A DNA stretch of 26,982 nucleotides from a virus: IMG/VR virus record IMGVR_UViG_3300005805_000048; one strand, 5' to 3'. Position numbers and translations under genes: made by a program. The notes beneath the pieces were generated by a model. The model saw only the letters and a program-made list of their open reading frames with translations. It was not told the origin of the DNA and made no database searches. Positions 16,922 to 25,129 of the stretch are shown here, piece by piece (position 1 is the first letter of the stretch; each line of letters starts with the position of its first letter).

Positions 16922-17198
16922 ATACTTTAAGAACTCCAGACTGAACTAAAAGAGAAATTCTTTCGAGCTCTCTTGCTAATTGATCAATAGAGTATACAGC
17001 ATCTGAGAGGATCTTTGCTGCGTTATCATATTCTTTTCTTTGTATGAAATCCAAAATATCATGAATAAAAGTGTTTATACCCAAACCAAATTTAGTGATT
17101 ATGGTTAATGCTGATTGAAGTTCAGAAGTCATTCCAATCACAGTATTATGATTATTCATTTCTTCCAAAAACATTTTATCAACATCTGGATAAACCAC
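16884..17198 (-). CDS. Hypothetical protein (104 aa)
   Basis: GTG start with AAGGGG SD just after tRNA-Ile. Confidence 0.75.
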   Translation of the reverse strand: MVYPDVDKMFLEEMNNHNTVIGMTSELQSALTIITKFGLGINTFIHDILDFIQRKEYDNAAKILSDAVYSIDQLARELERISLLVQSGVLKVYEQEDKGFEELF

Positions 17199-17219
17199 TT
17201 TATTCCCCTTTTGTATAGT

Positions 17220-17297
17220 TGGTACCGCACCTGGGAATTGAACCCAGCAAATGGATGTTTATAAGACATCTGTGTTCGACCAGCTCACCCGTGCGGT
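17220..17297 (-). tRNA. tRNA-Ile (anticodon TAT), CCA encoded
   Basis: Acceptor ACCGCAC/GTGCGGT-A-CCA; anticodon arm GATGT-CTTATAA-ACATC; T arm CTGGG-TTCAATT-CCCAG; atypical G8 and D arm. Confidence 0.88.
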
Positions 17298-17370
17298 GAG
17301 CGATCATATTCGAACTGATGTATTTATAAATCCTTTGCTGTTCATAACAACTCCTATTATAGCAGATTAA

Positions 17371-17475
17371 AAGCGATAGAGACGTTAAACTGGTTGGTAA
17401 CAGTTCACATGGTGGATAACGTCATTTCCGTTCCCATCAAGCTCTTTTTGTGTGAGTTGAATCATGCTATCGCTT
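17371..17475 (-). ncRNA. Candidate structured RNA between tRNA-Thr and tRNA-Ile
   Basis: Nested stems: AAGCGATAG/CTATCGCTT (9 bp), TCAACTC/GAG(C)TTGA, GACGTTA/TAACGTC, AACTG/CAGTT; also contains a 26-aa ORF. Confidence 0.4.
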
Positions 17476-17477
17476 CG

Positions 17478-17549
17478 AGCCCGATGCAGGATTTGAACCT
17501 GCGACCACCTCATTACAAGTGAGGTGCTCTACCACTGAGCTAATCGGGC
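17478..17549 (-). tRNA. tRNA-Thr (TGT), no CCA
   Basis: GCCCGAT/ATCGGGC acceptor, CCTCA-CTTGTAA-TGAGG, GCAGG-TTCAAAT-CCTGC. Confidence 0.95.
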
Positions 17550-17555
17550 GACAGC

Positions 17556-18074
17556 TTAATATATATTAAAGCCGCCGCAATTGTCAAGAAATTCTTGCCA
17601 CTCTTGCAAATTTTCTATAGTGAATGGATAATTAAGAGCCCAGTTATCACGAGTTCCATTTCCATCACACATCTTACATTTCTGACCTTCATTCAACAAA
17701 GAACCTATAGCCTGTAAGGTAATGGATTCTCCAGATGAAACTTGAGAATTCAAAAGATCTTTTTTAGCTATACCGGTACCATCACAATATTTGCATGTTT
17801 CAGGCAATAAACTTTCCTGCCATTGAGCGTACTCATCAGAGTACTGTTGAGCGGTACCATTTTCAAGATCTCTTTTAATAAGCTTAGCAAGCTTTTTGGC
17901 ATTGCTTGCGCTTAATCCATCACCTGAATTTGAATGTCCGTCAACACATTGTTTGGTAACGTTAGGATATAACTTTAGGCAATAATCCCAAAGAGGGTGC
18001 CAAAACCAAACATTATTACGAAAATATTCACCTTTTTCGTTTTTTGGTTTACGACCATAAACATCCATTCCCAT
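17556..18074 (-). CDS. Phage protein with DnaJ-type Zn finger insertion
   Basis: CKYCDGTG and CKMCDGNG (CxxCxGxG x2); AGGAG SD. Confidence 0.85.
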   Translation of the reverse strand: MGMDVYGRKPKNEKGEYFRNNVWFWHPLWDYCLKLYPNVTKQCVDGHSNSGDGLSASNAKKLAKLIKRDLENGTAQQYSDEYAQWQESLLPETCKYCDGTGIAKKDLLNSQVSSGESITLQAIGSLLNEGQKCKMCDGNGTRDNWALNYPFTIENLQEWQEFLDNCGGFNIY

Positions 18075-18087
18075 AACAAGATCTCCT

Positions 18088-18163
<76 letters not shown>

Positions 18164-18193
18164 AAACCTCTAACGGTTGGTGTTTAAAAAATA

Positions 18194-18781
18194 TTAATTA
18201 TTTTCATTGTACAGAATCTTAGTTATTGGAGCGGATCCAGTAGATATAAGATTCTGTGTTTGTTTAGATTTATTTTCTTGAGCGTTTTTAACATGAAACT
18301 CTTTTTTAACTTCTACTGCTCGTTCGATTGTTCCAAGAGAAAGCAAACGCACTTTAGTGTCTTGGTTCAGATCGTCTGGAGTAACTGAGCTGCGGTTGTT
18401 AACTTGAATAACACAACCGGCAGAAACTGCACGACGAATAGCAGAAATAACAGAATTAGTATCTGTAGTTGCACGAGCAGCTAAAGTACGAATTGTGTAA
18501 GTTTTTCCACTGGCAAGAAGCTGAAGAACATAACCCTGACGGTTACGATGCTTGCTTGGCTTATAGCGGAAAAGAGCTGTAATGAACTCAGAAGTTCCAG
18601 GAAGAGTTGTTTCAACATCTTCTTTATTTTGAAGCTGAGTTTGAACAACCTTTTTAACCTTTAAACTAGTTGGCTGTAAAGGTTGTGACTTTTGCGTCGC
18701 AGTAGATTTTTGCGCGTCCAAAAGTTGATTGAATTCTTCAGGAGTACCTTCAAATTCAATTCCGTTGATTTTTGCTTTCAT
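18194..18781 (-). CDS. Hypothetical protein, possible winged-helix DNA-binding domain
   Basis: AGGAG SD; VLQLLASGKTYTIRTLAARATTDTNSVISAIRR resembles an HTH. Confidence 0.8.
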   Translation of the reverse strand: MKAKINGIEFEGTPEEFNQLLDAQKSTATQKSQPLQPTSLKVKKVVQTQLQNKEDVETTLPGTSEFITALFRYKPSKHRNRQGYVLQLLASGKTYTIRTLAARATTDTNSVISAIRRAVSAGCVIQVNNRSSVTPDDLNQDTKVRLLSLGTIERAVEVKKEFHVKNAQENKSKQTQNLISTGSAPITKILYNENN

Positions 18782-18842
18782 GATGTTTCTCCTATTGGTA
18801 GGATGATGTTATTGCGTTTCTCTTTATGAAATCAGTTATTTG

Positions 18843-18915
18843 CTGGCAAGGCAGGGCTCGAACCTGCGACCCAGGGATTAACAGTCCCTTGCTCTGCCAA
18901 CTGAGCTACTTGCCA
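18843..18915 (-). tRNA. tRNA-Asn (GTT), no CCA
   Basis: TGGCAAG/CTTGCCA-G, AGGGA-CTGTTAA-TCCCT, GCAGG-TTCGAGC-CCTGC. Confidence 0.95.
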
Positions 18916-18921
18916 AAAGAT

Positions 18922-19173
18922 TTATTTTTTATTAGAAGAATAAGCAACTCGAGTTAATGGAGCTGCAAGCAATATAGCTTTATCGGTATGAATCTCATAA
19001 GAATTAAGATTATTATCATAACGAATTTCTTCAACAAACATTTCTTCAACCCTGTTATGTGGACCAATATAAAGTTTAACATCTGCAGGAAGATTCTCTA
19101 TAGTGCTTGTAAAACCATAATAAGTATCAGGAACAACAGGTAATATATATCTTGGTTTAACAGTATTAGACAT
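18922..19173 (-). CDS. Hypothetical protein (83 aa)
   Basis: 8-nt overlap with whiB stop. Confidence 0.75.
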   Translation of the reverse strand: MSNTVKPRYILPVVPDTYYGFTSTIENLPADVKLYIGPHNRVEEMFVEEIRYDNNLNSYEIHTDKAILLAAPLTRVAYSSNKK

Positions 19174-19495
19174 TTGATTCTACTTTCTTTTTGATTTTAT
19201 TACGTCGTCTTTGTTCAGAACGAGATCCAGCAGGAACAGCTACTCCTTGAGAAAATCTTTCTTCTTCAGTTTCTCCACCCCACACACCGTATTCTGGATT
19301 AGCATGGGCGTACTGTCTACACTCCTGAATAGCCGGACATGTTTGACATATTGCTTTTGCAGCGTTTTCGCGTTTAATTCTTCTACTAGGACGCTCAGAA
19401 AAATCAGAATAAAAAAGATGAGACAATCCTTTACAAGCAGCTTTTTCTGCCCAAGTAGTGAGAACAGGAACACGAGGTTCTATCATGTTAATCAA
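19166..19495 (-). CDS. whiB: WhiB family Fe-S transcription factor (start may be ATG 19486)
   Basis: WAEKAAC...AKAICQTCPAIQEC...YGVWGGETEEER, basic tail. Confidence 0.93.
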   Translation of the reverse strand: MINMIEPRVPVLTTWAEKAACKGLSHLFYSDFSERPSRRIKRENAAKAICQTCPAIQECRQYAHANPEYGVWGGETEEERFSQGVAVPAGSRSEQRRRNKIKKKVESNV

Positions 19496-19575
19496 ACCGC
19501 TTTTAATTCGATAATAGCAACTATGATAGAAGCTACAGCCGTTATAATTGCAGCGATGACGACAGCAACATCCAT
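19492..19575 (-). CDS. Single-TM microprotein (27 aa, MDVAVVIAAIITAVASIIVAIIELKAV)
   Basis: GGAG SD, fills gap exactly; not in ORF track. Confidence 0.65.
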   Translation of the reverse strand: MDVAVVIAAIITAVASIIVAIIELKAV

Positions 19576-19588
19576 ATTTTTCTCCAAT

Positions 19589-19804
19589 TTACCATTTAGA
19601 TTGAACTATGTTTTCTAACTCTTTAGAAATTTCATCTTTATGAAAAGGATCGTGTATTGTAGATCTAATAGACTCAGCTATTGAAGGTCTACAATTAGAA
19701 AGAACATTAAAGTATACTTGCCCAAGACGCCACTGTCCATTTAATTTTTTATGTAAGTCTTGAACTTTATTCATGAATTCTTGGTAAGAAATGTTCTTGT
19801 TCAC
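19589..19804 (-). CDS. Hypothetical phage protein (WRLGQxYFN motif); start revised to GTG 19804
   Basis: AGG SD before GTG removes overlap with the XRE gene. Confidence 0.7.
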   Translation of the reverse strand: MNKNISYQEFMNKVQDLHKKLNGQWRLGQVYFNVLSNCRPSIAESIRSTIHDPFHKDEISKELENIVQSKW

Positions 19805-19811
19805 AATTAAC

Positions 19812-20087
19812 CTAAGCTGTAAAAACTTTCTGAGCCTTAAGATTAAGAGCTTCAAAAATTCTTACAATATTTTCTAGGTTAGGTGAAAAATGACCGTTCT
19901 CAATTCGATTAATTGTTTTGCGATCAACTCCAATAAGTTCAGCAAGATGTGCTTGAGAATACCCCTTAGCGATACGAGCTTCTCGAACAAGAGAGGCAAA
20001 GTTAGATTTAATATCTTTGACCTTTTTGTTAAGAACTTTCTTGTTTGTTGATGATATGGTTACCCATTTAGTTGTTGATTTGGACAT
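19812..20087 (-). CDS. XRE/Cro-family helix-turn-helix regulator
   Basis: VREARIAKGYSQAHLAELIGVDRKTINRIENGHFSPNL; AAGGAG SD. Confidence 0.93.
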   Translation of the reverse strand: MSKSTTKWVTISSTNKKVLNKKVKDIKSNFASLVREARIAKGYSQAHLAELIGVDRKTINRIENGHFSPNLENIVRIFEALNLKAQKVFTA

Positions 20088-20115
20088 TGCTTTCTCCTTG
20101 TTTTTTGTTTACCCG

Positions 20116-20201
20116 TGCCCAAGACGGGAATCGAACCCGTACGGTTATTTCTAACCGAGGGGGTTTAAGCCCCTTGCGTCTACCATTTCCGCCACCTGGG
20201 C
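20116..20201 (-). tRNA. tRNA-Leu (TAA), long variable arm, no CCA
   Basis: GCCCAGG/CTTGGGC-A, AGGGG-CTTAAAC-CCCCT, variable stem CGGTTA-GAAA-TAACCG, ACGGG-TTCGATT-CCCGT. Confidence 0.95.
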
Positions 20202-20207
20202 AATAGA

Positions 20208-20453
20208 TTACACCTCGGTGTCAGCGTACTGGATAGAATTCATTACTGAATCAATATCACTAAACCATACTAGCAAGTCTTCAATATCCGGAATATCATG
20301 ACTTAGTCCAGAAATCTTGCCTTTGTCAACTGTAGCAATGGTAACAATATCGCGTAAAACGCTCACAGTTCTTTTAATTTTTGTTGCATCTCCGGGCTCA
20401 TTGCCAATCGTTACGGCAAACATACATTCACCTTCTTTCATTTGGTATAGCAC
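20208..20453 (-). CDS. Hypothetical protein (start uncertain)
   Basis: Same-strand ORF filling gap before tRNA-Leu. Confidence 0.65.
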   Translation of the reverse strand: MLYQMKEGECMFAVTIGNEPGDATKIKRTVSVLRDIVTIATVDKGKISGLSHDIPDIEDLLVWFSDIDSVMNSIQYADTEV

Positions 20454-20474
20454 TTTTTCTTTTAATGTAAATAG

Positions 20475-20669
20475 TTAAGATAATATTCTTTGTTTAAAAC
20501 AATTAATACAAAGATACTCTTGATATTTATAACGTTTATCTACAGCTTTAGAAACTAAACCGCAGTCCTTACACTTGTGGGCGAGGTCTCTTGGAACGTT
20601 TAGTTGGCTTGATGATATCTTGTTCTTTTTTGTTGTCTTCTTTGTCATGTCCTTCCAATGCCCTGACAA
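20475..20669 (-). CDS. Small Zn-finger protein (CxxC...CxxC); start likely ATG 20648
   Basis: CKDC and CINC. Confidence 0.6.
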   Translation of the reverse strand: MSGHWKDMTKKTTKKNKISSSQLNVPRDLAHKCKDCGLVSKAVDKRYKYQEYLCINCFKQRILS

Positions 20670-20790
20670 GTCTTGCTTTTAAAGACTCTAATTGTCTTAC
20701 TTTAATAAAAGAAGTTGAACGCAATAAAGAATCATTTAAAGAATCGATAAGAGTTATCAGATCATTGGTATTTAAATTTACTCTAGCCAT
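20569..20790 (-). CDS. Hypothetical protein (73 aa)
   Basis: GAGGA SD; starts immediately after upstream stop. Confidence 0.7.
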   Translation of the reverse strand: MARVNLNTNDLITLIDSLNDSLLRSTSFIKVRQLESLKARLVRALEGHDKEDNKKEQDIIKPTKRSKRPRPQV

Positions 20791-20976
20791 CTATCCTCGA
20801 TTCAAAAGACAAAGAGCAATTGTCTCAAGTTGACGAGCAATAAAATGTTGAACAGAAACTTCAGAAGCAACACGTCCAGATACCTTTGTACTGCCTCCGT
20901 TATAACCCTCTGCAGCATAAACGTAAGCGCCAATGTCTGGATTCCATACTATGGGATGCAATGAGTTGGAGTTCAT
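20791..20976 (-). CDS. Hypothetical protein (61 aa)
   Basis: AAGGA SD, ATGA overlap. Confidence 0.7.
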   Translation of the reverse strand: MNSNSLHPIVWNPDIGAYVYAAEGYNGGSTKVSGRVASEVSVQHFIARQLETIALCLLNRG

Positions 20977-21095
20977 GACTTGTCCTTTTTGGTGTCTTTC
21001 TTATAATTTATATATAAATCAACACGTTTAATTGCCATAGAAAAACATAAGGCAATAATAACGAAACCAATTAAACCCCAAAAAGTTTGAAACAT
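20973..21095 (-). CDS. Single-TM microprotein (40 aa, MFQTFWGLIGFVIIALCFS...)
   Basis: TAATG coupling upstream, ATGA downstream; not in ORF track. Confidence 0.65.
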   Translation of the reverse strand: MFQTFWGLIGFVIIALCFSMAIKRVDLYINYKKDTKKDKS

Positions 21096-21178
21096 TATTT
21101 ATTAAATCCTTTTGTGGCTAGATACAACATGACGCCAGTAGTTGCTACTATGAGTCCAAGCAAAATGATATTAATCAT
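21095..21178 (-). CDS. Single-TM microprotein (27 aa, MINIILLGLIVATTGVMLYLATKGFNK)
   Basis: AAGGAG SD; not in ORF track. Confidence 0.65.
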   Translation of the reverse strand: MINIILLGLIVATTGVMLYLATKGFNK

Positions 21179-21317
21179 CTTGGTTCTCCTTCTCGATCAA
21201 ACGCTTAATATAAAAACCTATTATACTACATACAACAATCATTCCCACAAAAAACAAATCTATTTCTGTAGTATCAAAAACATTATGATGATCAGCTATT
21301 ATCTTTTGGATCTTCAT
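21171..21317 (-). CDS. Single-TM microprotein (48 aa, MKIQKIIADHH...LFFVGMIVVCSIIGFYI...)
   Basis: Fills gap with short overlaps both sides; not in ORF track. Confidence 0.6.
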   Translation of the reverse strand: MKIQKIIADHHNVFDTTEIDLFFVGMIVVCSIIGFYIKRLIEKENQDD

Positions 21318-21570
21318 TTAAAAATCTTTCTACAGCACTTTCATCGTCAAGAATTTGAGATTCTTTTTTAGCGATGTTTGCTTCGTGTTGTTCAACAAAT
21401 GCATTGATAAAATCTTCTAAAATATATTTAATATCATAAAGAGCTTGGACTTCATCAGACTGAACATCGTGATTATGTTCAGTAACTAAACTTACTATGC
21501 GCTGATTGATAGCATAGTCTAATTGAAGTGCATTAAAATAATCTAATTTAAGATTAACAGAGTTTGTCAT
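21292..21570 (-). CDS. Hypothetical protein (92 aa)
   Basis: ATGA overlap with upstream gene, AGGTG SD. Confidence 0.75.
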   Translation of the reverse strand: MTNSVNLKLDYFNALQLDYAINQRIVSLVTEHNHDVQSDEVQALYDIKYILEDFINAFVEQHEANIAKKESQILDDESAVERFLNEDPKDNS

Positions 21571-21974
21571 GATATCACCTGATTGTTGACTTCAACATAT
21601 TTATCATAAGGTGGATTTTGTGCAGCCCATCTTGGATTAAGTGTTCTTAAATAACCAGTAGGAGATTTCATCAGTACACCTGGTCTACCAGTAGCTTCGC
21701 ATACCTTAAACGACAATCTTTCATATTCGTTTACAATGGCATACATTCTGTCGCGTTGCTCAGGTGTTGCAACTATAGAAGGAGTTATATAATAGCGTAA
21801 GCCAGCAAACTTTTGTTTAATTTGATAAATTTTATAATTAATATCAATCTCCATTAACCGCTTGTGGCAGTCAAGAATAATTTGATACCATCCTTCATCA
21901 ACATCTATTGACTTGTGATATCCTAAAACAAATTTTTCTTTTAATGCTTCAACCTCAAGTTGTAATGCATTCAT
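21567..21974 (-). CDS. Conserved-type phage hypothetical protein (GW...QIKxKFxGLRxY...CE motif); start revised to ATG 21974
   Basis: Motif recalled from a common phage family of unknown function; GGAG SD and ATGA overlap. Confidence 0.8.
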   Translation of the reverse strand: MNALQLEVEALKEKFVLGYHKSIDVDEGWYQIILDCHKRLMEIDINYKIYQIKQKFAGLRYYITPSIVATPEQRDRMYAIVNEYERLSFKVCEATGRPGVLMKSPTGYLRTLNPRWAAQNPPYDKYVEVNNQVIS

Positions 21975-22072
21975 AGATTTGCTCCCACACAAGAAACCAC
22001 AAGAGCTGTCATAAAATATAAATATACAACAGCACCAGTAATAAACAAAACGACTTTGAATTTATTGTTCAT
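21971..22072 (-). CDS. Single-TM microprotein (33 aa, MNNKFKVVLFITGAVVYLYF...)
   Basis: AGGA SD; not in ORF track. Confidence 0.6.
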   Translation of the reverse strand: MNNKFKVVLFITGAVVYLYFMTALVVSCVGANL

Positions 22073-22074
22073 TG

Positions 22075-22242
22075 TTAAATTCCTAATTTGTCAAAAACAG
22101 CAAAAAGTTTTTTAATACTTTCAAGTTCTTCTTCTTTTGATGGTCCTGGGCCGCCAGGACAATATCTAGTTACCTTATCATAAGAACATAAAATATGTTC
22201 AGAACTTAATCTACCACAAGCAGTGCAAATTGTATCTTTCAT
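22075..22242 (-). CDS. Small Cys/His protein (55 aa, MKDTICTACGRLSSEH...C...C)
   Basis: AAGGA SD; not in ORF track. Confidence 0.65.
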   Translation of the reverse strand: MKDTICTACGRLSSEHILCSYDKVTRYCPGGPGPSKEEELESIKKLFAVFDKLGI

Positions 22243-22257
22243 ATTATATCCTTTAAT

Positions 22258-22434
22258 TTAAAAACAGATACTACAGGAACAATGTGTACGATGCCCTGAT
22301 TGGCACCTAGGAGACGCTGTGTGAGGCGGAAAAAGCCAAGTGGGCTTGGCATAGGCCACATCACAATAATCGCATTCTCCTTTGGGCAATTGCTGAATAA
22401 ACTCATATATATCTGTATCTGGTTGTATTGTCAT
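22258..22434 (-). CDS. Small Cys/His-rich protein (58 aa, ...CDYC...PPHTASPRCQSGHRTHCSCSICF)
   Basis: Open frame filling the gap; metal-binding motif; not in ORF track. Confidence 0.75.
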   Translation of the reverse strand: MTIQPDTDIYEFIQQLPKGECDYCDVAYAKPTWLFPPHTASPRCQSGHRTHCSCSICF

Positions 22435-22442
22435 ATTTGCTT

Positions 22443-22640
22443 TTAACCCTCCTCGTGGATTTCTTGAGGATCAAGATCTACTTCAATGTGGGAAACAACA
22501 AGTTCTGACTTCTTCTTAGTGTTGATCCAATCAACAAGTTCATCGCGCAGCCTGCTTATGGCTTCCTGAGCTTCTTTGTCAGTTTCTGCAAACCAGCCTT
22601 CAATGACGAACGAAGCATGTGCGCTGTACCAGTCTCCCAT
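22443..22640 (-). CDS. Hypothetical protein (65 aa)
   Basis: Same-strand, tightly packed. Confidence 0.7.
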   Translation of the reverse strand: MGDWYSAHASFVIEGWFAETDKEAQEAISRLRDELVDWINTKKKSELVVSHIEVDLDPQEIHEEG

Positions 22641-22643
22641 GTT

Positions 22644-22859
22644 TTATTTATCTTTCAAAAGTAAACCAATAAAAACAATAGCTATGCCAGCAAAAGCTTG
22701 AGCAACACCAATCCATTGGAGTGTTTCAGCAAGACATGAAGCCTTGCCATAAATACAAGATGTATCAGTTGCTGCGTAACTACGTTCATGTAAAAAGAAC
22801 CAAACCCCAATAAGAGCAGACAGTGATCCAAGACAAATTATAATGTTACTCTTGTTCAT
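22644..22859 (-). CDS. Small two-TM membrane protein
   Basis: Two hydrophobic helices around a loop with a Cys pair; AAGGA SD. Confidence 0.75.
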   Translation of the reverse strand: MNKSNIIICLGSLSALIGVWFFLHERSYAATDTSCIYGKASCLAETLQWIGVAQAFAGIAIVFIGLLLKDK

Positions 22860-23850
22860 CTAAAGAATCCTTTTCTTGTTTTTTATTAAAATTAGGTTTA
22901 GGAAGAATATAAACATCATTGTTATCGTCATTATTTAAAAGTTGAAAATGTTCATTAGACATGAAATTATTAAACTTATCTTTTTGAGATAAATCAAGAT
23001 TAGTCAACTTTTTGCCAAGTCTAATAGCCCGTTTTCTCATTAATTTATGAGAAGCTGCTTTGCTTGTGTAATCAACTTCTAAATTACGCAATTCTTTACT
23101 CCATGTGCAATGATTGTACATTTCTAGTAAAATAACAGCAGCAAAGATAAAGTATGAAACAGCAGATAAGATACCTACTGCTTGAACTTTATCAGTTGCA
23201 TTGATAGGAGAATTAAGCTCAGAAGAATTGTTTAAAGTTGTCCATCGAACAACTGGAATAATAATAGAGCATAATGCTAAAGTAAAAATACTTAGCTTAA
23301 GCATGTCGTGAGTAGTGTTTTTGTCAAATACTTCTTTTTGAAAAGGAGTAAATTTATCATATTGACATGAACCAGAAATATCTTCACGCATAGCTTCTTC
23401 GTAGGTAGACTTTTGTTTTATGGAACGACCCAGTACAGTGCAAGCAACTGCTCCAAATATGGCAACTACCATGCCAATACCATTTGTTATTGCTCTACTG
23501 TCAATGCCGTCCATACCAGTAAATGCGCTTTTCCAAAGAAATGCATCCATAACAGACGCTACAAGTACAATAAAAAAAGTTACATAACCAGCCATTTTAT
23601 GTCCGGTTCTAAGAGACTGTAATTCTTGAATAGCTTTTTTATGATATGAATAAGCGGTGTTAGTTTCTTTGGTAATTGCAATATAACTGGGAGTTATCCC
23701 GTGGTCTAATTCATACCACAGATTAGCTACTTTCTTGTTTAATTTAATAGAAAGTTTATTATTTTTAATACTTAAATTTTCTAATTTAGTTTTATCAGCC
23801 GCTTTACGAGCAGCTTCTTGTCTTTGTCGTCTGCTTTTTGGTGATTCCAT
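22846..23850 (-). CDS. Four-TM membrane protein with basic helical termini (334 aa)
   Basis: Four hydrophobic segments; GGAG SD 2 nt after OmpA gene stop region. Confidence 0.85.
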   Translation of the reverse strand: MESPKSRRQRQEAARKAADKTKLENLSIKNNKLSIKLNKKVANLWYELDHGITPSYIAITKETNTAYSYHKKAIQELQSLRTGHKMAGYVTFFIVLVASVMDAFLWKSAFTGMDGIDSRAITNGIGMVVAIFGAVACTVLGRSIKQKSTYEEAMREDISGSCQYDKFTPFQKEVFDKNTTHDMLKLSIFTLALCSIIIPVVRWTTLNNSSELNSPINATDKVQAVGILSAVSYFIFAAVILLEMYNHCTWSKELRNLEVDYTSKAASHKLMRKRAIRLGKKLTNLDLSQKDKFNNFMSNEHFQLLNNDDNNDVYILPKPNFNKKQEKDSLDEQE

Positions 23851-23852
23851 AA

Positions 23853-24380
23853 TTATACTCCTGTAATAATTACTGAACGATTAACAATTGCACCTTTGGT
23901 GGTTTTACAATCTCCTATAGGGTTGGAATATCCAATACCTTGGGCGTTGATTAAAAATGCAGGAATACCCGCATCTAAAAGTTCGCGAGCAATAAGATTT
24001 GCTCTATCTTGAGATATTTTATCACCGTTTTCTTGAGATGAATCACAAGAAGAACGACCAATCACATTAATTGTTTTAAATACTCCTTTATTAATTTGAT
24101 CAGCAAACCAATCAAAACAATCTTGATAGGAATCTAAATCAATAAGAGGTTCGGTTTTATTAATATCAAACAAGATAGAGATATCTTGACAAGATAGTCT
24201 TGTTGTAGATGATGATTGAGATTCAGTAGTTGCAGGTAAAGTAGTTGAGGGAGCAGTCTCAACTACCTCAACATTTTGTTTAAAGGGACCAAGCTCCCAT
24301 ACAAATGCTCCCATAATAAATAATGCTATAATAATACCGAATACGGCTAATAGTTTTTTTTTACTTTCTGTTAAATACAT
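23853..24380 (-). CDS. Membrane-anchored OmpA/MotB-like peptidoglycan-binding domain protein
   Basis: N-terminal TM, S/T linker, ILFD, VIGRSS, ISQDRA, LLDAGI, GIGYSNPI, NRSVII. Confidence 0.85.
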   Translation of the reverse strand: MYLTESKKKLLAVFGIIIALFIMGAFVWELGPFKQNVEVVETAPSTTLPATTESQSSSTTRLSCQDISILFDINKTEPLIDLDSYQDCFDWFADQINKGVFKTINVIGRSSCDSSQENGDKISQDRANLIARELLDAGIPAFLINAQGIGYSNPIGDCKTTKGAIVNRSVIITGV

Positions 24381-24396
24381 AGTATATCCTTTTGTT

Positions 24397-25116
24397 TTAA
24401 TTTTGTTTTAAATTAGTTATCTGAGAATAAAAAGAAAATTTATTTTCAGGACACATATGATGAATTGCAGATTTTGCTACCATCCATTGAATATTAGAAG
24501 TATCTTTGTAAAATTCTTGATTTGAAACAAAAGAATTAAAAAATAAACGATTTACAAAAGCTTGTATATCTAAAGAGTTATTAGTAAGATTATTACATAC
24601 CCATTTAGAATGATCAAGATACCAATCTAAAGTAGATTGGTTTGTATGTTTATAAATCTCATAGTTTTTTCCATGACGAGAAGAATAATCTCCAAAATAA
24701 AAATCATTTTCTAACAGATTATAATAAAAAAAAGGACAAGCCTTAGGAAGATAATGGTCATTTATGGATGAACCATAAATATTGATATCTAAGCAATCAG
24801 CAATAGGATTAATTATTTCATTTTGATAATCATTTAAAAGATTTTCAAAATATTTAAGATCATCAACAGAATATAAGTTAAAATCTACTAACTGATCAAC
24901 GTTATTCCACCAATTAATTTTATTTAAAAGAATAAATTCAGCCCAATCAGAATCAATTTTTTTTGTCCACCAAAAATCGTTTTCTCTTTCATATGGTTCA
25001 ACAAAATAAAAAAGATATTCTTCTTGTTCAGTAACAGGTTGAGGAAGAACTATTTCTGCTTTTGTTGAACAAGAAAATAATACAAAAAGAAAAGGTATTA
25101 AAATATATTTTTTCAT
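24397..25116 (-). CDS. Putative lipoprotein with DUF732-like C-terminus
   Basis: MKK-hydrophobic-LFSC lipobox; WVCNNL...AIHHMCPE; AAGGAG SD. Confidence 0.75.
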   Translation of the reverse strand: MKKYILIPFLFVLFSCSTKAEIVLPQPVTEQEEYLFYFVEPYERENDFWWTKKIDSDWAEFILLNKINWWNNVDQLVDFNLYSVDDLKYFENLLNDYQNEIINPIADCLDINIYGSSINDHYLPKACPFFYYNLLENDFYFGDYSSRHGKNYEIYKHTNQSTLDWYLDHSKWVCNNLTNNSLDIQAFVNRLFFNSFVSNQEFYKDTSNIQWMVAKSAIHHMCPENKFSFYSQITNLKQN

Positions 25117-25129
25117 ATAATCTCCTTAG

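Noticed and set aside
21220-21225. TATAAT on minus strand as promoter
   Set aside because: Lies inside the 48-aa TM ORF and has no properly spaced -35.
22143-22160. Hairpin GTCCTGG-GCCG-CCAGGAC as terminator
   Set aside because: Inside the 55-aa ORF (CPGGPGP codons) with no U tract on either strand.
22265-22421. GC-richer stretch with apparent rod-like pairing (GCCAAG/CTTGGC etc.), possible ncRNA
   Set aside because: Fully explained by a 58-aa Cys/His-rich ORF (22258-22434); pairings are short and interrupted.
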